Shown here piece after piece: positions 9,590 through 20,700 of a DNA stretch of 64,000 bases. The stretch is from positions 1 through 64,000 of IMG/VR virus record IMGVR_UViG_3300010400_000004, one strand, 5' to 3'. Source of the DNA: a virus. The position numbers and the translations under genes were made by a program. Positions within the stretch are counted from its first letter, which is position 1; each line of letters starts with the position of its first letter. The notes under the pieces are model-generated. The model saw nothing but the letters and a program-made list of their open reading frames with translations. It ran no database searches and was not told the DNA's origin.

Positions 9590-11034
9590 GTCTCCAAAAT
9601 ACAAACCTGATTATTCAGGGGGCACCTCTACCGGCTGCTTTCAAAGGAAAGCCGAATGATTTGTTTGTTGCGATGCTGGAAAGAATGAAAATCGTTTCGC
9701 CATTTGGAACGAGCTTTTTCGTTATATCCGACGTAATGCCGAGCAGCAATCAAGGTCCGTGGCTGAAGGGTGGAACGCAGTGGTGGGTTTTCGATCCGAA
9801 CCTCAAGACATACGTTCCTCTCGACATCAGTGAATCGGAGACAAAATGGTATCAAGTCGGAAAAGATACTCCGACAAATACTAATCCTCCCCTCTGGCTG
9901 AAGACAACGGAAAACGCAACAGAAGCAAAACCGAAGTTCGGGACTCCTATTGCGTGGTATTTGTTCGATGGAGCAACTTGGGTTCAACTTCCGGTTTTGA
10001 TTGAGGATCGGTCACTCCTTGCTCGTAAGTTCGATTACAAAGCAAATTTTTACGGCACTGCCTCAGGCACCAACAACTATTCGTTGTCCTTCGATCCGAA
10101 CACCGCATTCGATTACGGTAACGGAGTAACTGAGGCTTTCGCTGGTTATGTCAAATTCACGAACGCTAACACAGGCGCGGTTACACTCAGCTTAAATGGC
10201 GGCGGTGGAGCGCCGGTGAAGAAAGACGTGAATCAAGACTTGACTGCCGGAGAGATTGCGGCAGGTCAAATTTTGCTTCTGGTATTCGATGGAACGAATT
10301 TTCAAGTAATGTCCGGGCTGACTTCCACTGAAGTAATACCCGGTCCGATTGGCGGAGTGGGGATTTCCTTCGGTCTTATCATCACTAACGATTCTTTCGT
10401 TCCGGACGAGCAACTCGTTATTACTGCTGACGCAGTTGTAATGCAGAATCCCAGCGGAGGTAATTTTCAATCGAACTCAGTCAACGTTACTCTCGACATT
10501 ACGACCACTGGACTAGGTGGACTCGATACTGGTTCTGCAACGGCGGACACTTGGTATTACGTCTGGTTGATTTCGAACGGGACGAACACGAACGGAATTT
10601 TTTCCCTCAGTTCGACGACCCCGACACTGCCTGCCGGATACACTTTCAAGGCGTTACTTGGAGCGATTCGGACTGATTCGACGATCGATTTGTTCAAAAT
10701 CTGGCAGACAGAAAAACGGACGAGTATTCTCACGACTACCATCGCGAAGGGTCCGGACGGTTTTCAGGATTTTTCAACTCTGGTTCCGCCGATTGCGAAA
10801 ACGGTTTTCGGTTCAAGCTCTCCCTCTGGCGGACCGAACGCAAGCGGCGTGCTAACAATTGCTGGTGATGCGAATCTTGTGGGTGGGGTTTCTTCGTTCC
10901 TTCAGATTGTCGCTGCGTCTGATACCGCCTGGGCAGGATATTTTGAAGTTCCGTTGATTACTCCCCAGCAGGTTTATGCAACTTTGGCGGGAACGGTGGG
11001 AGTCGATTTCAACATCGCTGGATTCGTTCTATGA
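9586..11034 (+). CDS. Tail fibre protein 2
   Basis: Start moved to the ATG at 9586 (ATGA overlap, MSLQNTNLIIQG matches paralog); C-terminal GGLDTG..ADTWYYVW...LS.TTPTLPAGYT..A.LGAIRT fibre motif. Confidence 0.78.
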   Translation: MSLQNTNLIIQGAPLPAAFKGKPNDLFVAMLERMKIVSPFGTSFFVISDVMPSSNQGPWLKGGTQWWVFDPNLKTYVPLDISESETKWYQVGKDTPTNTNPPLWLKTTENATEAKPKFGTPIAWYLFDGATWVQLPVLIEDRSLLARKFDYKANFYGTASGTNNYSLSFDPNTAFDYGNGVTEAFAGYVKFTNANTGAVTLSLNGGGGAPVKKDVNQDLTAGEIAAGQILLLVFDGTNFQVMSGLTSTEVIPGPIGGVGISFGLIITNDSFVPDEQLVITADAVVMQNPSGGNFQSNSVNVTLDITTTGLGGLDTGSATADTWYYVWLISNGTNTNGIFSLSSTTPTLPAGYTFKALLGAIRTDSTIDLFKIWQTEKRTSILTTTIAKGPDGFQDFSTLVPPIAKTVFGSSSPSGGPNASGVLTIAGDANLVGGVSSFLQIVAASDTAWAGYFEVPLITPQQVYATLAGTVGVDFNIAGFVL

Positions 11035-11471
11035 CGTTAAATGAGCAGCAGATGAGACGCTTTGTCAGCACTGTTCTGGAAGCGAGACCTGACTTGAACG
11101 AACGGGAACCGGGCGGATTCGCCAAAATCAACTCGGAGTTTTTGACGGACTGCTGGTCGAAACTAATGGGAATCGGCGCAGGCGTGGCTTATGGCGAAGA
11201 AATCGACGGCGAACCGGTTGGGTTCTTGATCGGTAGCCATACGGAAGACGCGATGACCGGTGTTCGGACAGCTTTTGAGTATCTTTTTGTGATGAAACAC
11301 GGTCATAACGGAATCAACCTTTTGAAAGAATTCGAAGAAGGTGCGAAATTGGATGATTGTAAACAGTGCGTGGTGGGGTGCAATACTGTGTATAAACACG
11401 AAGCAGTAGGTTACTGGTGGTCAATGGTTGGATATAAACTGTGCTCGCAATCGTTTCAGAAATGGGTATGA
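11031..11471 (+). CDS. GNAT-family acetyltransferase-like protein
   Basis: VGFLIG, EYLFV, GINLLKEFE.GAK, GY motifs; position before ejection genes typical of podoviruses. Confidence 0.65.
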   Translation: MTLNEQQMRRFVSTVLEARPDLNEREPGGFAKINSEFLTDCWSKLMGIGAGVAYGEEIDGEPVGFLIGSHTEDAMTGVRTAFEYLFVMKHGHNGINLLKEFEEGAKLDDCKQCVVGCNTVYKHEAVGYWWSMVGYKLCSQSFQKWV

Positions 11472-12115
11472 AGACTTTTTTAATTTATGCTTTGAAAGAA
11501 CCCGATACTGGAGAGATTCGGTATTTTGGAAAGACCTGTCAACGAATCAAAAGTCGATTTAAAGGGCATCTCCACAATAAAGTGAAGTCTCATACTACTA
11601 ATTGGATCAAAGGATTAAAATTTCAAGGGCAGAGGCCAGGATACGAAATATTGATGACCGGACTCAATAACGAGGAAGCCTCTGAAGAAGAAATAAATTT
11701 GATTTTGTGGGGTAGGAAAACCGGACTGAGATTGACTAATCAAGCTTTGGGTGGTGACGGGAATCCCGGCTTAAAGCACTCTGAAGAGACCCGGAAAAAA
11801 ATCAGTCTTAGAAACTCTGGACTAAAGAGAACTGAAGTTTTTAAACAGAATTTAAGAACCCAAAGGATAGGTTCGGGAAATCCCATGTTTGGAAAGTCCG
11901 GAGATTTATCACCTCGCGGCGGCAAAGGAATTTCCGGATTTTTCGGGGTTACTACCACAAGAGGTTTGAAATGGAGAGCGAGTCTCCATTTTCAAGGTAA
12001 AAACATTCACATCGGTTGTTTCAAGACGGCAGAAGAAGCAGCCCGAGCGTATGATACTGCCGCACTAAAATATTTTGGCGAATTTGCCCGGATCAACTTT
12101 CCGGTAACTCGTTGA
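11468..12115 (+). CDS. GIY-YIG homing endonuclease with NUMOD3 and AP2 domains
   Basis: LIYALKEP..GEIRYFGKT, NQALGGDG, HSEETRKKIS, SGFFGV...KWRA...HIGCF.TAEEAARAYD.AA. Confidence 0.9.
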   Translation: MKTFLIYALKEPDTGEIRYFGKTCQRIKSRFKGHLHNKVKSHTTNWIKGLKFQGQRPGYEILMTGLNNEEASEEEINLILWGRKTGLRLTNQALGGDGNPGLKHSEETRKKISLRNSGLKRTEVFKQNLRTQRIGSGNPMFGKSGDLSPRGGKGISGFFGVTTTRGLKWRASLHFQGKNIHIGCFKTAEEAARAYDTAALKYFGEFARINFPVTR

Positions 12116-12128
12116 TAGAAAGGCATTT

Positions 12129-13118
12129 ACGGGCGACATTTTGGGTTTTGTTGGATCGATCGTTAGTTCGCAAATTTCCGCGAAGGCGCAGAAAGACATT
12201 GCTAACCGGCAAATCAATGCGCTGGAGCGCCAACGGCAATTTGTCTATGACCAGCTCGATCCGTCGCGCTTGCAGCAAGCCGCACTCAAGGGCGACATCG
12301 AGAACGTCAAGCAACGCCTGGAGCTTCAGAAGAAAGTCGATCCAGAACTTTTCAAATTGCGCTTCGGCGCGGAAGCAGGAATCAATGAAGCCCTTAATCA
12401 ACTTACCAGTGGTGGAGGTGTCGATGTCGAAAAGCAAGCCGCGAAAGAAGCTCTCGCCGGAACAGATGTCGCTGCCCAGGCGAAACAAAAACTCATCGAT
12501 GCCGCTTTGGAGCAATTGAGTCTTGGCGCAACTTTGCCCCCGGATGTCCAGGCGGAGCTGGTGAAGGCCGGTTTGGAGAAGGGCGGTCTCGTGACTGGTG
12601 CGGCTGGCCCGAGAGGTGTCGGCGGAACTCTCGCAAGAACGGTTCTCGGTCAGGGCGGCATTGCGCTCCAGCAGCAACGACAACAAGCCGCTTCAGGATT
12701 ACTCGGGCGAGCACAAGATTTGGAGACGCAGCGTTCGCAATTACTCGGGACACTTTTCCCGAACCTAGCGACGACTCAGCTCAACAGATTGAAGGGAACC
12801 GAAGGTGCCCTAGCATTTTCTAATGAGATGACACCGAACGCGGGACTGAGTGGAAAAGACATTGTAAATCTTTGGCTCAGTCGTGTTGGTGCGAACAGCT
12901 CTCTCGAATCTCAGAAAACTCAAGCCGATTACCTGGGGGGTATCAACCGGGCAGCGGCGTTGCAACAAGGATACGGAGCTGCGACTTCTTATGCGGCGAA
13001 TGGGGTTCCGAATACAGCTAGTTTTTTCAAAACAAATACTGATACTAGCTCATACCCGGTGTCTAAAGATATTGTGACTCGAAATCCTACCCCTAACAAT
13101 TATTATCCAGTTGGATAG
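12129..13118 (+). CDS. Internal virion / ejection protein (small); start ACG at 12129 or TTG at 12141
   Basis: Gly/Ala/Gln-rich helical protein with hydrophobic N-terminus GDILGFVGSIV; position after GNAT. Confidence 0.6.
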   Translation, partial: TGDILGFVGSIVSSQISAKAQKDIANRQINALERQRQFVYDQLDPSRLQQAALKGDIENVKQRLELQKKVDPELFKLRFGAEAGINEALNQLTSGGGVDVEKQAAKEALAGTDVAAQAKQKLIDAALEQLSLGATLPPDVQAELVKAGLEKGGLVTGAAGPRGVGGTLARTVLGQGGIALQQQRQQAASGLLGRAQDLETQRSQLLGTLFPNLATTQLNRLKGTEGALAFSNEMTPNAGLSGKDIVNLWLSRVGANSSLESQKTQADYLGGINRAAALQQGYGAATSYAANGVPNTASFFKTNTDTSSYPVSKDIVTRNPTPNNYYPVG

Positions 13119-13119
13119 T

Positions 13120-13245
13120 ATGAAAAACGCAAGGGCCGAGATTAAAAACGTGGCGAGCGTCTCGATAAATTCGGGACAAACCGCGAAACCGGACACCTCA
13201 GTTCAGATTTATGGACTGAAGAAACTTTTGAAACAACCGAAATAA
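13120..13245 (+). CDS. Small hypothetical protein (41 aa)
   Basis: MKNARAEIK...LLKQPK fills the intergenic gap almost exactly. Confidence 0.35.
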   Translation: MKNARAEIKNVASVSINSGQTAKPDTSVQIYGLKKLLKQPK

Positions 13246-13247
13246 AT

Positions 13248-14771
13248 ATGGCAGCGATCGGGCAGGAACCAGACGTGCAGCTTAGACCGGAACTATCGAC
13301 GAACCGGACGCCGATTGATTTTAACGTGGAGCAGAATGCGGTAGCTCAACTCTCCGACGCTTTTCGTAAAGGAGTTGTCACGGCTGACGACCTCATTGAG
13401 CGTTATGGCACACTAGCAAAGACGAAAGAGAAAGCGCAAATCCAGGGTCTCGATGAGTTTTTGTCACCCGAAGCAATCCAAGCTCGCCAGCAACAAACCG
13501 CTTTGATGGGATCGAAAGCGAAACAAGAAATCGCTCTTGCCCCTGCTGAGGAAGCGGCCAAGAAAGCTACGTATGAAGCAACTCGAATCGCTGCCGAACA
13601 GGGCGATAATGCTTCGGTTCGAAAAATTGCGATCGAAAACGGTTTTGGTGGGAATCTTTCTCCCTATTCGGCAGTCAATAAAGATCAAGATTTGAAGGCT
13701 TATCAAGACGCGGTAGCGTATAAAGCGGCAGTTTCCGGGGCTATCGAACTCGGAAAAGATGTTGACCGGCGCGAGCATGTTCAAGATGTTACCAAGGGCG
13801 GAATTCAAACAATTACGAAAGATTCATCGAAGGATACTCTCGCAAGTAAAACCTCCGGACACGATTATACGAAAGAAGAAACCGGTAAAGCGGCTGCACT
13901 CGCCCGAATGACCCCGCAACAATGGATTGCTGAAGGACGGCCCACACTCGGTCAATATGTTTACGGGGTAAAACCAACAGAACAACCGGCGAATAAACCG
14001 GACAAAGTTGTTCAACCTGTTTCGGAATTAGTCACCCCTCGGGTGACAACGGAGACCACGACTTATGGCGCGGACGGTTCTCGAACGGTGACTAAAAAAG
14101 TCGTCGATCCGACAGAACATCCTGATTTGCCGTTGCCGGATAATGTGACTACCTCTAAAGAGGTGGATAAACCGATGACCGCCGATGACAAAGGAAAAAT
14201 TCTCGGTCAGGTTCGAACCGCCGATGAAATGGCGGAGAAAATCAATGCTGCCCAGGCAATCGTTCACGATGAAGCTCTTCAAGCAGTCGGACCGGGGGCA
14301 CTTCAGGGGACTCGTATTGCTCAGACTTTGAATAAAGTGGGGGCCGCTTTTGGTAGTGATATCGCCGTCAAAAAAGCCGAGGCACAAAACCAACTCGATC
14401 AGTTCATCGCACAGAGTATTCAGAACACGATTCGATCGATGGCTGGTTCCGGAAACAGAGTCATGCAAGCTGAAATTGATCCTCACACCGGTTTGTTCAC
14501 TCGTGCAAATCCAACAATGTCCAGCACACCGGCAACCTGGGATAAATGGTTTGGCGAAATGAGAGATTTATTTTCTCGCGCACGGGAAGATTCTGTAAGT
14601 TTGTTACCCGATGAATTGAAGGGCAATGTTCCGAAGGCACCAGTTCCAGTAATTCCCAAAGGAGTCGGGGCGGAAACAAACCCTTCGGCTGCTCCTTCCA
14701 AGGTCGTGAACATTCCCGGCATTGGTAAAGGACATTACGACCCGGTAAAGAAGAAATTCATCGTTGAATAA
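13248..14771 (+). CDS. Internal virion / ejection protein (medium)
   Basis: 507 aa, Ala/Gln/Lys-rich helical, between the small and giant internal proteins. Confidence 0.6.
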   Translation: MAAIGQEPDVQLRPELSTNRTPIDFNVEQNAVAQLSDAFRKGVVTADDLIERYGTLAKTKEKAQIQGLDEFLSPEAIQARQQQTALMGSKAKQEIALAPAEEAAKKATYEATRIAAEQGDNASVRKIAIENGFGGNLSPYSAVNKDQDLKAYQDAVAYKAAVSGAIELGKDVDRREHVQDVTKGGIQTITKDSSKDTLASKTSGHDYTKEETGKAAALARMTPQQWIAEGRPTLGQYVYGVKPTEQPANKPDKVVQPVSELVTPRVTTETTTYGADGSRTVTKKVVDPTEHPDLPLPDNVTTSKEVDKPMTADDKGKILGQVRTADEMAEKINAAQAIVHDEALQAVGPGALQGTRIAQTLNKVGAAFGSDIAVKKAEAQNQLDQFIAQSIQNTIRSMAGSGNRVMQAEIDPHTGLFTRANPTMSSTPATWDKWFGEMRDLFSRAREDSVSLLPDELKGNVPKAPVPVIPKGVGAETNPSAAPSKVVNIPGIGKGHYDPVKKKFIVE

Positions 14772-17700
14772 TGCCAACGACCCTCGAAAGTCTCGATCTC
14801 GAACAGAGGTTGTCTCGCCCGAAACAACCTCTTTTCGATCCTACCCAGGTTGTCGGCTCAGAACCCGTGGAAGACACCACGGTTTCTGCACTCAGAGCAC
14901 AACCAATTCCGGACCTGAAGGGCTATATCGATCCTGCCGATTTGGAGCAGGGTCCGCCAGCTCCGCCTCCCGAACCACCAAAACCGGGCGATGAGGTTGA
15001 TCTAACGCCTGAACAACTCGCGGAGTATCGAAAGCAAACCGGGGAACTCGATCCGCTTCTCGATTTCACCCCCGAGCAACTCGCCCAAATCGAAATCAAC
15101 GATCCGGAGGGCGGAAATTTGCGACGGATGTATATGGATCGACCAGACCTGATTGGTGATCCGGACACAATCAAGAAACTCGCCCAGGCGAATAAACTCG
15201 TTCACGCGAGGCACGAAATTCCGACTGCGGGATTGCCGCCCGAGGTTGCCCTTGGTGCTCGTGTTGTCGGTCTCGGAGAGACGGCGATCGAGGCGGCGAA
15301 GCACATGCACCCGCTCAAGGCGGCGAAAGATTTTGCCGTGGGTGTGGCGAAGTATGCGAAGAATGCGATTCAGGGAATAGCTAGTCCGTTTGTGCCTGAG
15401 GAAACCCAGCAAGAATATCGACAAAAGGCGGCGGAGAACCTTGCTGCGTCTGAATTGGCAGTTACCGGACTTGCTGGTGGTGTTCGGACGGCGGCACACA
15501 AAGCCGCTCAGGTTGCCGGAATTGCAAAACCGTATTCAGAACTAACCGACCACGAAGCAACCGACCTTTTCTTTTCCGATTTAACAAAGGAAGCGGAACG
15601 TCAAAGAATCGTGACCGGCAAAGGCGCTATCACACAGCAAATCGCCGGTCCGGTGATTGAGGAACTGGCGCAAGCAGGCAAACCGATCAGGCCGGAAGAG
15701 GTTTCTCAACTTGCGGCTGGTGATCCATTCACTTTTTATGCTTTCGCAAAAGGATTCGGCGCGGCTGGGAGTCTGGTTCCTGCCGAAGCGAAAGCAGTAT
15801 TGAACGATGCCGCTACCTGGGTTGGCGAAGTCAGCGCGGAGTCTGCCGGAACCGCGCTTGAAGGAATCGGCGCGGCTGCTAAGAATCTCGCGAAGCCGAT
15901 TGAAGTTGTTTCTCGACAACCGAGCAGATTTTTCAAGACTGGAATCAGTGGTGGACTTTCCAAAATCGCAAAAGAAGTTGGGAAAAGAGTCCCAGGTGCC
16001 GCCGAAGGAGTTGAACAAATCGGAAAAGAGATTCGCCTGGGTGAACGCGCACCATTAGAAAATTACGGTGGAATCGTCAGTGACTCCGCCCAATTTGTTC
16101 GGGACGCAATCGAAGCGACTCCCGGTGCTGCTGGCCATGTTGCGGCAGGCGGACTTTTCGATGTATCGACGGCGGCAGTAATGTCGGAATTTCCCGAGGA
16201 AGAACGAGGAACTGGCATCGGTCTCGCGTTCGGGTTACTCGGTGCGGGTCGCGGACTTGCGGGACGAGTTATCAGCGGTCAGGAAATTGCGCCTCGCAAT
16301 TGGGGAACCAAAACGCAGATACCAACCAGCGGACCTTTCAAGGGAAGCGCGTTCGATCAACAACATGAGGGAGCTTATCGCGGGGCAGCTCCAGCAGTGA
16401 AACAGCGAATCAACGCAGTGCGGGAATTTCTTCGAACTGCCGCGCCCGGAGTTGATTTGTTTTATGTCCCCGATAAAGCTACGTTTAAACAGTCTCTCAT
16501 CGACCAGGGAGTTTCGGAAGCAGACGCGGAACTTTGGTCAAGTTCTCAAGGTCTTTCGCTCCGAGACTTGAATGGAAAACCGGTTGCTTTTGCCGCCAAC
16601 ATTGACGCAGCTCCACACGAGTCTTTTCATCCGTTCCAAGATGTCATAGGAAAACAAGCCAACGACGCCCTCAATCAAAAAGTGTTGTCAGCTTACACCG
16701 AGGCAGAGATAAATCAACGCGGAGCAACCGATGCGAAGAATCTCGGATGGGACGGCAAAGGCGATTACCGGGATTTTCTTCTCGACGTGACTGGAGAAGG
16801 CTACGCGCAAGCAATCGATTCTCTCACGCAAGAAGCCGCGAGAATCATTGAATTTTCTACAGGTCAGAAGGCGACTCCTGCTGATGCTAAGGCCCAGGCA
16901 ATGCAGATGTTCAACGATGCAATGACTGAGGCGACGAGCAAAAATCCAGGTGTGTCGCCTGAAGCGATCCGTCGAAATGTGTGGCGGGGTCTGCTTACTG
17001 AAGAGCAGCAAAAAGCGGCAGCGAATAACTACATTGCAAACGAAATTTCCGCCGATACTTGGTCAGCCGTTTTCAAGCACGGAAAAGACCCGAAAGGATT
17101 GGTGAGGCGGTTTGCGAAGGTCGCAAGCACTTTCGTTCAATTACTCGGTGGTGAACCTCTCGAAGGACGATTCGAAGATTACACACCACTCCGCAAAAAA
17201 GCGGTTGAAGCGGTGCGTGAAGCGGCCAGAGCCAGAACGGAGCAACCACCGAAACTTTTCGGTGAAGAACCGACAGTGACGCCGAAGATTCCGGAAGCAC
17301 CTGTTGCACCTCGGGCACCGTCACCATCACCAGTTTCGCCTCCAGGCACTCCTGAGGAAGAAGCGAAGATTACTAAAGACGTTGCTGCTACCGCTCCGGA
17401 AACTCCAACTGGTCCGGAAGTAAATGCTCAATCTCAGCGGGATATTCTCGGAACAATGGCGGAAGCGAAGGCAGGCAATTACGGAGTGAAAATCACTCGC
17501 CGTGCCGCTCCAGGCACTCCAGCAGGCGCAATTGAAGTCAGCCGGGGACGCCGCCGAGAACAGATTGAGACTGCCCGGGGAATTCCGGACGATCAAAAGC
17601 CGCTTTGGGAGAAAAATTTTACGCCGGTCAAGACGGTAAAACTGAATGACGGCAGCATTCAAGAGCAAGGCTGGTCGCCGGAAGTTCTCGCTGCGAATGC

Positions 17701-20700
17701 GGAGAAAGTCGCGAAGTTTTTGGCCGTCGCTGATCCGGCGTTATCGCCTTTCGAAATAGATCGAACAAAAGGCACTTTTACCCCTGAAGGATGGAAACAG
17801 CTTTTCGACAAAGTAAATGTCTTCGCTGGAAATCAAGCTGCCGGTCTGACAGGCAAAGGCACTCCGCTCGCAATCGGCAAAGCGCGTGCATTCGGATTTT
17901 TCGAACCGACCGGCAATCGAGTGCCTGTAGGTAGCTTAACCGACGCAGAGATGAATTTCATCAACTATTTGTTCGGTTATCCACTCCCGGGTGAAGGTAA
18001 ACCGACCGTGGCAAGAGGCGGCAGCAAACAATACGGCGTGCAACTCATCTCCGAGGCAACTGAACCCGGCAGGGCTTTGCCCTTGGTTGAGCCGAGAACT
18101 TTCGCAAGCAAAGAAGCGGAGAGACTCGGTTTCGCTGGCAAGCAAGTCCTCGAAGTGAATCCGCTTCGCGCAGAAATTGAAGCGACTGCTCGGGCGACTG
18201 GAAACACCGCGCCGTCGCTTATTGAGGCTTGGCAAAACCTCAACTTGCGTGACATTGTTAGGGCGGACGTTGCTCCTGAGTTGCCAGCGGTTCGACCTGT
18301 GGGAGTCACGCTTCGGGCCGGATTCAAACCCCGCGATTTGGTTACTCCAAAGATTGAAAAAGAACTCTTGGAATCGAAAGTTAGATTCGAAGACGGAACT
18401 TTGAAACCCGTATTTCACGGGACCGTTTCTAGTTTTGACTTGAAAGATTTTGATACAAGTGGATTCAGAGCACATTTCGGAGCGCCGGGTCCAGCAGCCG
18501 CGAGAACAATAGGACCACTGAGTAGCAGAACTACGGGGGCAGTTCAATCTACCGAAGGATCACAAACTATTCCCGTATTTTTAGACATCCGAAATCCGTT
18601 GAAACTGGATGATGCGGCTAACTGGAATAATGCTTTAGATGTGGTTCGGGCTTTAGAAAAAGAAACAAGCGGCAAATTAAAACTACCCCGTAAATTACGA
18701 GACAGACAAGTAGGAAATCGATTAAACGATTTATCGGATAAACTTTTTAGAGAAAAGCAAGAATCAGGTGTGAGAGAAGAGGACATCGGGGAAGCCTCGT
18801 ATTTAGAGGCCAACAAAATAGTTATCGATGAAATAAAACAACTGTTGAAAGATCAAGGATATGATGGAATCGAATATGAAAACGCTTTTGAAGTCGGTCC
18901 CCGGGTGGCACCCGATTATAGCCGAGTAGGTGAAGAATTTGAAAAGGATTACGGAGACACCTCTTACATACCCTTTTCAAACGATCAGATCAAATCTGCG
19001 GTTTCCTTTAAACCTGCCGAACGCAAAGAAATCGAAATCACTGGTCCAGACGGCAAGCGATACAAAGCGATGTTCGACGGTTATCAGGATTTTTCCGTAA
19101 CCGGGCGCGGTCTTCAGCCTCAAATCACGGCTCTCGAAAACATACCGGGTGTTACTACTGCGAAATCGACTACTTACGGGGTCACGTTGGAGAAAGCTGG
19201 CTTTACACTACCGGAATTGCCTTCGCCTGAGGTTGCTTTCAAACCGCCTCGAAGAACGGAGGATTTTGGAACGATTGAAAAACAATTCGCCTTGGAGCAC
19301 CCGAATAATGCGGGGTCTCGATTTGTGGATGAGTTTTCGAAGATTCATCAAAAAGATGAAGAACTTCGACGCTTGATGAAGGACGTGTATTTTAAAACAC
19401 CGGAAGAATCAGATGATTTATATGATCAAGCTAAAGATGTTCAAAAATCTCTTACGAAACCTTCTAATGTGGCCGAGGCAAAACTCGGGGGATACATACA
19501 GGATCGTTATCCAGAACTGGTTAAAGAATCGAAACTGGCCAACGATTACTTCGAACAGTTATTGACAACCAAAGAGCAAGACATCCCAAGAATGCCTCTT
19601 ATTGTTCAGGCAAAAGAAGGTTTCGCGATAGGAAAAATAGTTCAGGAAGGTCACGACGCCCATGAAGCGCAGCGATTCCTCGATGACTGGCGCGATGAGG
19701 GATACGCTGAAGTGAAAAGTGAAAACCCAGCCCTGGCGCGTTGGATCGATGACAATTTGTTCTCGGGTAGCGGAAAAAACGCAGCTACAGAGGGCGTGGC
19801 ATTCAAACCAAAGTCGAAACCCAATGCCGCCGATGAGGATTTCGATGCGGTTCATTACAGCTCCAATGCCGGTCTTCGGACAGTCGATCCGAGTTTCTTC
19901 GGCAAAGGAAAGGCTACTCCCGCCGATCTGAGGGGCGGACCGAAATCATATTTTTTCGTAAAAGGTAGTGACTTTGGTCAAGATGCTGCTATATTCAAGG
20001 ATGCTGGTTTGCATGAACACGAGGTTCGGATTAAAGGCTCTGATCTCTACGATCTTCGAACCGGAAAGCCGGATGATCTCGGTTGGCGGAAGACGGTTAA
20101 TCGAGAAGAGGCCGATGATTTGGTCAAGGAAGCTGGATACAAGGGCATTGTTCTCGATACGGCAGACGGTAGGCAGGTAATCGCTATGTTTGAACCGGTC
20201 AAAGTCAAAAAACCGGCACCAGTGCAATTTTCTCCGATGCCCGCGAATCCTCGCGCAATCAAACAAGCTGCGGTGCGCGACGAGAAAACCGGCGAGGTTC
20301 ATGTCGGGATGTTGCATCCATCCATTGTAAACGATCTCATACAAAAATCAGTTGCAGAAGGAAAATATCACGAAGGAATAACTGATAATCTTGTAGATGG
20401 TTTTGTAACAAATGACGGAGAATTTCTCACCCGTGATGAGGCTTTCGACCGGGCAATAGAACTTGACCAAGTATCAGAAAAAGATTTCAAACTGAGGAAT
20501 TCCTGGTTGGAAAGTCGAGCCTTCGCTGCGGAACGAAAATTCAAACCGAAACAAATCGAGCCGCCGACCCAGGCCGAATTCGACGACCCGGACACGATCA
20601 AGGACGCACTCGCCAAACCGGGCTGGGCAATACTTACCGGCACTCGGGAGAAAATCGACGGAAAAGAAGTGCCTTTCGATCATCCGGAGAACCTGAAGGC

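Noticed and set aside
1-11034. Diversity-generating retroelement acting on fibre or LRR paralogs
   Set aside because: No reverse transcriptase in the window, and paralog differences are not adenine-specific.
8375-11034. Invertible tail-fibre switch driven by the serine recombinase
   Set aside because: Both fibres are complete and co-oriented; no flanking inverted sites seen; the recombinase is ~47 kb away.
6478-12115. Group I introns housing the GIY-YIG genes
   Set aside because: Flanking genes look complete and abut the endonuclease ORFs, leaving no room for intron cores.
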